The notes under the pieces are model-generated. The model saw only the letters and a list, made by a program, of their open reading frames with translations, had not been told where the DNA came from and searched no databases. 64,000 nucleotides of DNA, taken from positions 124,876 to 188,875 of the forward strand of contig JAYTHY010000046.1 of the NCBI GenBank assembly GCA_043732185.1, read 5' to 3'. Source of the DNA: Fibrobacteria bacterium. Lineage in GTDB: Bacteria; Fibrobacterota; Fibrobacteria; UBA11236. Made by a program: the position numbers and the translations under genes. How positions within the stretch are numbered: the stretch's first letter is position 1; the number at the start of each line of letters is the position of its first letter. Below, in pieces: positions 1 to 8,744 of this stretch.

Positions 1-160
1 TGGTAAAGAGACTTTCCTGTGCTGGTATTTGGTATTTCATGTACTCTTTTTTTGATTTATCAAATTTAACGATTAGGGAGTCAGGAGAATAATTTTGAAA
101 TTTAGCCGCCATAATAATCGCCGGCATGAAAAAAAATAGATGTCCAAATAATTTCACCAT
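1..160 (-). CDS. Partial (runs off the window start) secreted hypothetical protein; tandem paralog of 197..820, candidate immunity protein
   Basis: Not in the ORF track. Manual translation from ATG at 160 gives MVKLFGHLFFFMPAIIMAAKFQNYSPDSLIVKFDKSKKEYMKYQIPAQESLFT, 40/53 identical to the N-terminus of 197..820. Same upstream AAAGGAAATAAGAAA-ATG. Confidence 0.85.
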   Translation of the reverse strand, partial: MVKLFGHLFFFMPAIIMAAKFQNYSPDSLIVKFDKSKKEYMKYQIPAQESLFT

Positions 161-196
161 TTTCTTATTTCCTTTAAAAAAGTTGGGATAGTCAAT

Positions 197-820
197 TTAT
201 TTCTTGAAAATTACAGAGGAGTCAACATGCCGCAACATGCCCTGCAGATTTTGTATAAATCCGACAGCAAAACTACCCGATTTCTTTTTATAAATCCCAT
301 TCGACCTCACAAAAAACAGCATTCTTAGGAAGGATGGATCGCCATTGACATTTTTATAATACACTATTATCAAATCAGGTGTTTCAAAAACAGCTTTAAT
401 TTCAATACTTTTAACATCCTTCCAAGCACTGAAAAACCTTAGGCTGTCTTTCTTTTGCTGAAGCATGGAATCCACCCATGCTCGACTTGATAATTCATGG
501 AGCGCTACCATTTTCTCTTTATCGCCAGAATTCACAACAAATAAGTAGTTGGCAACTGCTTCAAATGGCGTCCTGGGATCGGGGATTCGACTAGGAAAAA
601 TTTTAACAATATTTGAATCTGGAAATATCTGACCTAAAAAATGCAACTCTCGAATTTCTTTGGTAAAGAGGCTTTCATTTGCTGGTATTTGGTAGGTAAC
701 ATAGTCTTTTCTTGATTTATCAATTTTAAAGATCAATGAGTCTGGAGAATAATTTTGAGATTTGGCCGCCACAATAATTGCTGGAATGAAAAAAAATGGG
801 ACCCCAAATAGTTTCAACAT
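197..820 (-). CDS. Secreted hypothetical protein (207 aa), candidate immunity/partner protein
   Basis: Hydrophobic N-terminus ending IIVAA resembles a signal peptide; AGGA SD; AT-rich; starts 13 nt after the stop of the large Ig-repeat gene. Confidence 0.8.
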   Translation of the reverse strand: MLKLFGVPFFFIPAIIVAAKSQNYSPDSLIFKIDKSRKDYVTYQIPANESLFTKEIRELHFLGQIFPDSNIVKIFPSRIPDPRTPFEAVANYLFVVNSGDKEKMVALHELSSRAWVDSMLQQKKDSLRFFSAWKDVKSIEIKAVFETPDLIIVYYKNVNGDPSFLRMLFFVRSNGIYKKKSGSFAVGFIQNLQGMLRHVDSSVIFKK

Positions 821-833
821 TTTCTTATTTCCT

Positions 834-3800
834 TTAAAATAGTGGCCCTAAATCCCACGATACTGCATACGAAATTAACTCGACTTCGGTTGCCATTATA
901 ATACTGGCCGTTGCTGTAAGTGTTGGCGCTGCAATGGTAGGCAAGCTAAACTCCCAATCAGGATAACAAAGCTTTCCTTTTGCAAAAACTAGCGATAGAG
1001 CACCTTCAGTTTGCAACTTGATGAGATCACACGTCCCAATAACGCACCCTGCAGCTTGAATAGCAACCGTTCCGCTCCCAGATATATCCCCACACACTCT
1101 GTCACTATTACACCCTGTCGTTAAGTTCCCGCTTCCAGTCCCTGTGACTTCCAAAGCAACGGAAAATGAAACTTGAATTTCTGCCCCCAAATTAGGAACG
1201 TAGTAACTGTATGAAGGAGTATTGCATCCAGCTATTTTTCCAGAAAGCGAGCCGCCTATACCGACAACTTCCTTGTCTTCACAATTGCATGCTTGGTGAC
1301 TCTTTGTACCAAAAAGACTCCATCTAATAGTTGGAGAGCAAGCCTTGGTTGCCTCAATATTTTTCAAATAGTTGTTCAATGCGTTTTTATCCCAGCCCAA
1401 ACCACTTACAGTTTCAGAAAAATCTGGATTGATTATGCCAACACTGGTAGAAGCACTAGTTGTACCTGCCTTTATCGTGACGATACCTGTACCTTTTCCG
1501 CCTGCTAGAGAAGGGACGACCCCATCGAAATTGACAGCAGGAGAAAGTTCAAATCCCGCTGGATTTGTAGTTATCTTAAATTTGGATTTCTCTAGAGCTT
1601 CACCGGCCTGAAAATATTTGCAAGTTGTAGAAACCGACGATACTCCAACACAAATACCAAAACTCGACTTTTCAGCCACTCCTCCACCGTTACAATTCCA
1701 GGTGGCCTTATTGTAGAATGTTCCTGGAGTAGTGCATGTAACATCATCAAAATGCAAATGGTTAGAATTGCCTGCAGGTTGACTCCAAGACAAGCTTCCG
1801 TTTTCTGGATTAGTCGTCGCATTATAGCGAATTTCCTCACCCATCCCAACAATAGGATTTTCAACCGAAACATTTACTTCACATTGCGAACAAGTACCCG
1901 TCGGATTCCCCGGCCCACCGCAATGCCAGCCACCCTTCACAATCCCAAAGCCCTTATCCGAGGTCATCGTTGCCCCATCCTCGCTCACAGTTCCAGTTCC
2001 GATGCTCACATAGGTCCCTAAATCATGATCAAAAGAATAAAAATGCGTTTGCTCCCCAGGCTTCAGTCCGTTTACATTAGGAAAAGTTATTGGCGCAGGT
2101 GGGTCAAATTTAACCTGAGGAGGCCCAATCGAAACAATAAACCTCGGCTGCATTCCCTCTCCAGGAGGCATGGGAATTTTATCGGCATGCACAGCCGTGA
2201 CCGTAATGGTATGGTCATCCAGATCCGGAGGGAAGGTGGCCGACCCTGCGGGTATTTTTAAAGAAAAGCCTGGGATCTCTGAAAGTGTTATAATCTGCTC
2301 CGTCGATGCGCTCGGAACCTTACCTTCTGCATTGTTTCTAGCTACCAGATACATCGGCATCCCGATATCATTATTCTTGCCGCTGATAGCATTCACCTCA
2401 AACATCAAGGTCACCCAATCGCCGGGCTGCGTGGCCGTTGTTCCATCGACATGCAGATGCAGATTGCCTACGGGGGTGTTGGAAAGTTGATATTGCCCTG
2501 CACTATTGGTTGTAGTCTGTTGCCCATTTTCTTCGATACGTACCGTTACGCCTTGTAGAGGCTGATTGCTATTGTCCAGGATGACACCGCTTACCTTTGT
2601 TTCTGAAGGCGGGCCTGGAATATATCCGGAAAGCACGAAAATGGCCGGCTGACTGGGATTGCCTGCGAAGGAAGCTTCCACAAGGTTATTATCCCGTCCC
2701 TCTTGTAATCCTAAAGTGAAAGAAGCCACTGCGCGCCCATCTTCTCCCGTTATGGCGGAGTCCAAATTCTGCCCTTGGAAATGGCCGCCGCCTGTTTTGA
2801 CTTTGAATTCAACCATCATGCCGGGAATTGGATTACTGGCGCTATCGGTAACAATGGCGACAAGTGGATGTGGGGCTCCGTTTCCAGCCAAGCCCCGTTG
2901 CATATCACCGGAGGCGGTCAAAATGCGTTGCGCCAATTGAGTTTTTGCATTCGCATGGAAAACGACAGCGCCAGCAAAGCCCTCGGCCACAGCTGTAACC
3001 TCATTGGCTCCAGGTCCTGCGCGCTTGCCTAGCACAAACGGAACCGATGCCAATCCATCAGCATCCGTAGTTACCCGCAATGTTCGAGCATTTCCCGTAA
3101 AAGAGCCATCCCCCACGCTAACGTGGAACAGGACAATCTGCCCGGCGACTGGTTGATTCAAGGAGTTTTTGATTGAAACAACGAGTTGCTGAGGGAGAAG
3201 CGCGAAAATAGTGCCGCTTTGATTGTTACCAGAAAACAGGGTCAGAGAGGGAGCTACAGAAACGTCAAGCGTTACATGCGATACGGCACTTTCCACATTC
3301 CCGGCCCGGTCAGTTGCTACGGCTGTAATCGTATTCATGCCGGAGGACAAAGGAAGCACGACGGAAAAAGTATTGTTAACTACTACAGCCTCGATGCCAT
3401 TCACCTTGACCGAGGGCATGCTTTGGCCTTGGACATCGGCAATTCGATCCGAAACGCTTCCTGAAACCGTGACCGAATGCTCTCGCATCACCAAGCTATC
3501 TGCTGGCGAGGTAATGTAGATTCGTGGTTTTTCCCGATCTAAAGTAACCGTGAGCGTGGCGGAAACTTGATTCCCGTCTTGGTTAGTCGCCGTGGCCATC
3601 AGCGTGTTCCGACCATCAACCAATGGAACCAACGTCTCAAAATGATTTCCAGAAATGGCCGTGGGAATGCCATCAATACGAAGATTGGTCAAGACACCGT
3701 TGGTTTCCCCCGCAACAAGAATATCGGCAGTTCTAACCGTACTTAAGTTGGCTGGAGAAGTTATGATAAGGGCTTGGGGTGGCAAGGTACAGGTAAAGTC

Positions 3801-5474
3801 CGACAAAAGGGTTGCCGTATTCCCAATGGCATCCTGCACACTACTCGAAATATGATGTTCACCTTCACTCAAAGAAAGCACAGCCACAGCCGAGTCCGCG
3901 GAATGGATAAGGTTGGTGGTAATATTTATTCCGTCCAAAAGCACTTGCAGCGTGGCTTGGGCTATAGGTGATAGGGAATCGCTAAAGATTATTTTTAGCG
4001 GGACTGAGAGATCGGCCAGTACTTGGTGGTTAACGGGATTAACTGAGATTCTAGGAGGGATGGTATCCAAGGTCACAACAACCTCAGCTTTACCCAGATT
4101 TCCAGCTGCATCGGTTGTATCGACCTTTAACACATTCGCTCCCGGTGCCAGAGAGAATGTTTTTGATCGCGCTGCGGAGTCTACTGTATAGTGCACCGTG
4201 ATGGTGCTTGCGGATACAACTGTGTCTCGCCCCGGGCTCGATATAACCACTACGGGAGGATGAGAATCGCGGTTAATGGTGATCGAGGCCGATCCCGAAT
4301 TTCCTCCTAAGTCCGTAAAGGAGCGCGTTACCACGTTGGGACCTTCGGTCAGGACTTCAAAGAGTTGATTGGATTGATCAAGTCCATCCACAGTCCAAGC
4401 GATTTCAGATGCCGGTTCTTTAGTAAATGATCCATTTAGCGGACTTGTGATGGCAACTATAGGTGCCCGGGTGTCCAATGTGACTTTGGCAGTATCTGCA
4501 CCACGGTTCCCGGCCGCATCCGTGGAATCCACCACTAGGAGATTTAATCCTTCTACCAAGGTAAAAGTCTTATTAAATCCGGTAACGCCATCGACTTGAT
4601 AGCTTATTGCAAAAGTTGAATTACCAACGACCGTGTCGCGACCTGGGCTGGATAGGACTACTACGGGTGCATGTGAATCGCGATTAATGGTAATCGAGGC
4701 TGTGCCTAAATTCCCTGCTAAATCTGTAATGGAGCGCGTCACCACATTGGGACCTTCGACCAGAACTTCACTGCGTTGGCTAGATTGATCAATTCCATCC
4801 ACAGTCCAAGTGATTTCAGATGCTGGTTCTTTAGTAAACGACCCATTTAATGGACTTGTAATGGCAACTATAGGCGCCTGGGTGTCCAATGTGACTTTGG
4901 CAGTATCTGCAGACCTACGACCAAAAATATCCACGGAATCGATGATTACCCGATTTACTCCCTCGACCAATTCCACCTGCCGATTGAAGGCCAGCCCATT
5001 CACTGTGTATCCTACGGAGAAGGGAGTCTTGTTTACCAAGGTATCACGAGATGGGGACGTAATAATCAGTGAGACTGGAGGGGGTGGAGGTTGTTCGGCA
5101 CCCATCCATTGGATGTCATCAAGGTATACCTGACCTGAAGCATCGGCTGCTTTAAGCATTAAGCGTCGAATGGTTCCGCTTCCTCTCATATGACCCTGTT
5201 TTACAACAGTGACTTCACTGGTACGGTTTGGCGATCGATCCGCAAAAACCTGATATACCCCGCTGGAAATATTTCCGACGAGGCGCATATAAATCCATTG
5301 CCCAGTAACGTTGGAAAGACTTCCTACTTGATTGGCGCAAACTCCAACGCGAAATGCCGCCTTGTGATCGACATTACCAACTAAACTGTCAGAAGGGCCA
5401 AAACAAAGATTGGAATTGGAATTCAACCTGAACCAGCGCCATCTAATTTCAAAGGCTCCTGTTAATATCTGCAT
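834..5474 (-). CDS. Large extracellular protein with bacterial Ig-like repeats, a carboxypeptidase-regulatory-like domain and a Cys-rich C-terminal tip (candidate polymorphic toxin/adhesin)
   Basis: Repeated DTxAPxVxITSP...LVEGxN...DxAGN Ig-like units; invasin/Big_1-like SGNNQSG...PQQLVV units; VSGVILDNSNQPLQGVTV...TTNSAGQY; Cys-rich last ~360 aa. The true start is probably 5744 (see findings). Confidence 0.8.
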   Translation of the reverse strand: MQILTGAFEIRWRWFRLNSNSNLCFGPSDSLVGNVDHKAAFRVGVCANQVGSLSNVTGQWIYMRLVGNISSGVYQVFADRSPNRTSEVTVVKQGHMRGSGTIRRLMLKAADASGQVYLDDIQWMGAEQPPPPPVSLIITSPSRDTLVNKTPFSVGYTVNGLAFNRQVELVEGVNRVIIDSVDIFGRRSADTAKVTLDTQAPIVAITSPLNGSFTKEPASEITWTVDGIDQSSQRSEVLVEGPNVVTRSITDLAGNLGTASITINRDSHAPVVVLSSPGRDTVVGNSTFAISYQVDGVTGFNKTFTLVEGLNLLVVDSTDAAGNRGADTAKVTLDTRAPIVAITSPLNGSFTKEPASEIAWTVDGLDQSNQLFEVLTEGPNVVTRSFTDLGGNSGSASITINRDSHPPVVVISSPGRDTVVSASTITVHYTVDSAARSKTFSLAPGANVLKVDTTDAAGNLGKAEVVVTLDTIPPRISVNPVNHQVLADLSVPLKIIFSDSLSPIAQATLQVLLDGINITTNLIHSADSAVAVLSLSEGEHHISSSVQDAIGNTATLLSDFTCTLPPQALIITSPANLSTVRTADILVAGETNGVLTNLRIDGIPTAISGNHFETLVPLVDGRNTLMATATNQDGNQVSATLTVTLDREKPRIYITSPADSLVMREHSVTVSGSVSDRIADVQGQSMPSVKVNGIEAVVVNNTFSVVLPLSSGMNTITAVATDRAGNVESAVSHVTLDVSVAPSLTLFSGNNQSGTIFALLPQQLVVSIKNSLNQPVAGQIVLFHVSVGDGSFTGNARTLRVTTDADGLASVPFVLGKRAGPGANEVTAVAEGFAGAVVFHANAKTQLAQRILTASGDMQRGLAGNGAPHPLVAIVTDSASNPIPGMMVEFKVKTGGGHFQGQNLDSAITGEDGRAVASFTLGLQEGRDNNLVEASFAGNPSQPAIFVLSGYIPGPPSETKVSGVILDNSNQPLQGVTVRIEENGQQTTTNSAGQYQLSNTPVGNLHLHVDGTTATQPGDWVTLMFEVNAISGKNNDIGMPMYLVARNNAEGKVPSASTEQIITLSEIPGFSLKIPAGSATFPPDLDDHTITVTAVHADKIPMPPGEGMQPRFIVSIGPPQVKFDPPAPITFPNVNGLKPGEQTHFYSFDHDLGTYVSIGTGTVSEDGATMTSDKGFGIVKGGWHCGGPGNPTGTCSQCEVNVSVENPIVGMGEEIRYNATTNPENGSLSWSQPAGNSNHLHFDDVTCTTPGTFYNKATWNCNGGGVAEKSSFGICVGVSSVSTTCKYFQAGEALEKSKFKITTNPAGFELSPAVNFDGVVPSLAGGKGTGIVTIKAGTTSASTSVGIINPDFSETVSGLGWDKNALNNYLKNIEATKACSPTIRWSLFGTKSHQACNCEDKEVVGIGGSLSGKIAGCNTPSYSYYVPNLGAEIQVSFSVALEVTGTGSGNLTTGCNSDRVCGDISGSGTVAIQAAGCVIGTCDLIKLQTEGALSLVFAKGKLCYPDWEFSLPTIAAPTLTATASIIMATEVELISYAVSWDLGPLF
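4210..4910. repeat. Intragenic direct repeat, two ~300-bp copies offset by 411 bp (137 aa; two Ig-like domains per period)
   Basis: ggacttgt(g/a)atggcaactatagg...gtgtccaatgtgactttggcagtatctgca at 4441 and 4852; protein DTAKVTLDT(Q/R)APIVAITSPLNGSFTKEPASEI occurs twice. Boundaries approximate. Confidence 0.85.
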
Positions 5475-5549
5475 GGGACGGAAATACTCCGTACTTCCAG
5501 TGACTACACAGCTTAAATACTGATTGCCGCCACTTGCCTGAATCCTGAA

Positions 5550-5744
5550 TTAATGGGCATTTGCTTGCCCGCATGAAGCCTGAAATTTCCATCCATCTTG
5601 ACCATCAAGGATTTGGCCGCTTAAATATTTCGGTGAAGCAAAATCAAGAGTGTCTGCCCAAACGAACGGTTGGCCAAGATACACTACCAACATCAAAAAG
5701 GCTTTAAAGACGCTCAAATTGAAACGAGGGAACAAATGGATCAT
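5550..5744 (-). pseudogene. N-terminal signal-peptide fragment of the large Ig-repeat gene, separated from it by one in-frame TAA
   Basis: Same frame as 834..5474; 25 sense codons (FRIQASGGNQYLSCVVTGSTEYFRP) lie between TAA 5550-5552 and ATG 5474; signal-like MIHLFPRFNLSVFKAFLMLVVYLGQPFVWA. Confidence 0.7.
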
Positions 5745-5905
5745 GCATAGAGCTTAGATAAATCGGAACGTTTTACACATCCCGCACGCCATTTTATTCA
5801 AAAATCCATCGACCAAGGCTCATTAATTAATTATTTTTCTGCCCTAAAATTTGGCAAATCTCTCTAAAAGCGCACACATAAAACTCTTTGGTAGCAGGAT
5901 CATAA

Positions 5906-6871
5906 ATGAAATTCAAACGCACCCTTCCAACCGCCCTCCTCACCTTCTCCACTGCAATTCTTAGCCTAGTCACAGGCTGTTCCACCATTGGAAAAGTGGG
6001 CCCGGCAGAAGACCTAGTCGTCCAAGCCACACCGGAAAGAATCGAACGCGGTAAATACTTGGCGCATCATGTTTCCCTTTGCATTGATTGCCACTCGACG
6101 CGGGACTGGACTTATTTTTCCGGCCCACCAAAAGATGGAACCTGGGGCAAAGGCGGAGAAGTGTTCGATCAGAAATTTGGATTTCCCGGCAGTTTCATCT
6201 CACGCAATATTACCCCAGCTGGCGTAGGTACCTGGTCGGATGGCGAATTGTTCCGGGCCATTACCGGAGGCGTGAGTCGAAACAACAAGCCGCTGTTTCC
6301 CATCATGCAATACAAGGCATTCGGTCAAGGCGATAGGGAGGATATTTATTCTATTATCGCCTATGTGCGTTCGTTGCCGGCCATTGAAAATAAAGTACCG
6401 GCTTCCAAGGCGGATTTTCCGGTTAGTTTGCTGATGAAGACAATGCCACAAAAACCTCATTTCACCACTATGCCGGAGAAGTCAAACAAGGTCGCTTATG
6501 GAAAATACCTGGTGACGATGGCTGCTTGCATTGAATGCCATACGGAAGCCAAACGAGGCAAGCGCGTGGGTCCGGAATTTGCCGGAGGGTTCAAGTTTAC
6601 CATGGCGAATTTTACCGTGTACTCCAAAAATATCACGCCTGATTCCGCTACCGGTATCGGCGCGTGGAGCGAACAACAATTCATCAACCGCTTTAAGACG
6701 TATGCCGATCCGGCCTACTCCCCCAAGCCGCTTGCCAAGGGCGACAATCAAACGATCATGCCATGGGTCATGTTCAGCGGAATGACCACGGAAGACTTGT
6801 CCGCCATCTATACTTATTTAAGAACAGTTGCCCCAGTGAAACGGGTTCCGCCAGCTCCGGTTTTTAACTAG
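5906..6871 (+). CDS. Diheme c-type cytochrome lipoprotein
   Basis: Two CxxCH motifs (CIDCH, CIECH), each preceded by GKYL and followed by NITP...G.G.WS; lipobox LVTGC. Confidence 0.9.
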   Translation: MKFKRTLPTALLTFSTAILSLVTGCSTIGKVGPAEDLVVQATPERIERGKYLAHHVSLCIDCHSTRDWTYFSGPPKDGTWGKGGEVFDQKFGFPGSFISRNITPAGVGTWSDGELFRAITGGVSRNNKPLFPIMQYKAFGQGDREDIYSIIAYVRSLPAIENKVPASKADFPVSLLMKTMPQKPHFTTMPEKSNKVAYGKYLVTMAACIECHTEAKRGKRVGPEFAGGFKFTMANFTVYSKNITPDSATGIGAWSEQQFINRFKTYADPAYSPKPLAKGDNQTIMPWVMFSGMTTEDLSAIYTYLRTVAPVKRVPPAPVFN

Positions 6872-6892
6872 ACCGGATTAGGCGCAAAATCA

Positions 6893-6913
6893 GGGCTCAA
6901 GTCTGTTGAGCCC
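6893..6913. terminator. Hairpin between convergent genes, possible bidirectional terminator
   Basis: GGGCTCAA-gtctg-TTGAGCCC perfect 8-bp stem; no clear U-tract. Confidence 0.5.
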
Positions 6914-6920
6914 CCTCCCC

Positions 6921-7739
6921 CTAGTGTAAACGACCTGGAATGGCGTCCAGCAGGGTTCGTGTATAGGCGTGCGCGGGATTCCGGTATAGCTCTTCGGTAT
7001 CGGCCAGCTCCACAATTTGTCCATTATTCATTACAGCCACTTTCTGGGCGATATGTTTGACCACGCGCAGGTCATGGGAAATAAAGAGATAGCTCAAGCC
7101 TAGTTGTGCTTGGAGATCCATCAATAGGTTCAGTATTTGAGCCTGGATGGATACGTCCAAGGATGAAACAGGCTCGTCACACACCAGAAATTCTGGTTCA
7201 ACACAAAGCGCACGGGCGATGCCGATGCGCTGTCTTTGGCCACCTGAAAACTCATGTGGGTAACGGTTAAGGTACGTTGGATCAAGTCCCACCAACCGCA
7301 TTTTGGTCGCCAGTATGTCTTCCCAGGTTGAAACCTCCTGGGGATGTCCCAGCCCCAAAGCCTCCTTTAGGCTACCGCGTATAGACAACCTGGGGTCCAG
7401 AGAGGAATAGGGATCCTGGAAAATCATCTGCACTCTTTTTCGGTAGGGCCGGAATTGTTTCTCGTCCAATCGGTTGAGATCCACGCCATCAAAGGAGATA
7501 CGGCCGCCCTTTGGTTTGAGCAAACGCACAATGGCGCGGCCCACGGTGGTTTTACCGCTTCCGCTCTCCCCCACCAAGCCTAAGGTTGCATGTTTTGGGA
7601 TACTGAAAGAAACTGCACGAACGGCTTGCACTCTATCCCGTCCGCTTCCAAATTCAACACTAAGTTCCGATACGTTCAGCAAAGGAGTTTCCGTGGGTTG
7701 GGATGCAGCCAATCTGGAATCCGTATTTTGCGCCATCAT
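6921..7739 (-). CDS. oppF: Oligopeptide/dipeptide ABC transporter ATP-binding protein (OppF/AppF-like)
   Basis: GESGSGKT, MIFQDPYSSL, YPHEFSGGQRQR, DEPVSSLDVSIQAQ, FISHDL. Confidence 0.9.
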   Translation of the reverse strand: MMAQNTDSRLAASQPTETPLLNVSELSVEFGSGRDRVQAVRAVSFSIPKHATLGLVGESGSGKTTVGRAIVRLLKPKGGRISFDGVDLNRLDEKQFRPYRKRVQMIFQDPYSSLDPRLSIRGSLKEALGLGHPQEVSTWEDILATKMRLVGLDPTYLNRYPHEFSGGQRQRIGIARALCVEPEFLVCDEPVSSLDVSIQAQILNLLMDLQAQLGLSYLFISHDLRVVKHIAQKVAVMNNGQIVELADTEELYRNPAHAYTRTLLDAIPGRLH

Positions 7740-7742
7740 TTC

Positions 7743-8744
7743 TCAAATCATCCTATGCGTGTTCAACAATTCCTCACGCCTTAGGCATGCGGATCGTTGC
7801 GTAACTGGACCGACCAAATCCGGCACTTGCAGGGAGCAGTCCGATACAGCCATGAAACAGCGTGGATTAAAACGACAACCTGGAACAGCGTCCGTGGGTT
7901 TGGGCACCATGCCTTCAATGGCAGCCAGCCGCGACACCTTTGTATCTAAAGAGGGAATGGATTTGAGCAGACCCAAGGAGTAGGGATGAGAAGGCCGCTG
8001 TAAAATTTGAGAAGCACTGCCCCGCTCCACCACGCGTCCCGCGTACATGACCACCAAATCCTGAACCATATCCTGAACGATTCCGAGATCATGCGTGATC
8101 AAAATCAACGCCATCCCGTAGCTTTTCTGAAGGTCGCGGATCAGCCGAAGAATTTGCGCCTGAATGGTGACATCCAATGCAGTAGTGGGCTCATCGGCGA
8201 TAAGCAATTTGGGCCGACAGGACAAGGCCATGGCAATCATAACACGTTGTCGCATGCCTCCGGAAAGTTCAAAGGGATAGGCTAGGCTGCGTCGATCGGG
8301 ATTGGGTATGCCCATTTGTTCAAGCAGAGAAATGGATTCCATTTTTGCTGCATGCCGACCTTTGCCTTGGTGGAAACGGATGACTTCGGCAATTTGCTCC
8401 CCGCAGCGCATCAGCGGATTGAGACTGGTCATAGGATCCTGGAAAATCATGGCGACTTCCCGGCCCCGCAAGGCCCGCCAATCGCGAGGCGGCAAGCTCA
8501 AGAGATCTTTTCCATTGAATAGAAATTTATCTGCGGTAACTCTGGCGCTACGTTTGGGCAATAGCCCCATTATCGCCAGGGAAGTCACGGATTTTCCGCT
8601 GCCGGACTCGCCGACAATGCCAAGCGTCGCGCCGGCCTCCAAGTTCAAATCGATGCCCGTAGTTACCGGAACAAAATCCTGTGCCGCATCCCCCATGCGA
8701 AAGGCAACGGTCAGATTTTTTACTTCAAGCATCTGTGCGTTCAC
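7743..8744 (-). CDS. oppD: Oligopeptide/dipeptide ABC transporter ATP-binding protein (OppD/DppD-like)
   Basis: [41 protein letters not shown]-terminal HPY...GCRFNPRC. Confidence 0.9.
   Translation of the reverse strand: MNAQMLEVKNLTVAFRMGDAAQDFVPVTTGIDLNLEAGATLGIVGESGSGKSVTSLAIMGLLPKRSARVTADKFLFNGKDLLSLPPRDWRALRGREVAMIFQDPMTSLNPLMRCGEQIAEVIRFHQGKGRHAAKMESISLLEQMGIPNPDRRSLAYPFELSGGMRQRVMIAMALSCRPKLLIADEPTTALDVTIQAQILRLIRDLQKSYGMALILITHDLGIVQDMVQDLVVMYAGRVVERGSASQILQRPSHPYSLGLLKSIPSLDTKVSRLAAIEGMVPKPTDAVPGCRFNPRCFMAVSDCSLQVPDLVGPVTQRSACLRREELLNTHRMI

Noticed and set aside
5550..5552. Stop-codon reassignment or Sec/Pyl recoding
   Set aside because: TAA terminates many ordinary genes here (acpP, carB, rpmF) and is not a known Sec/Pyl codon.
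5850..5900. GGCAAA-containing segment as a c-di-GMP-I riboswitch
   Set aside because: No GNRA-capped P2 stem or GACGCAAA/receptor pairing follows.
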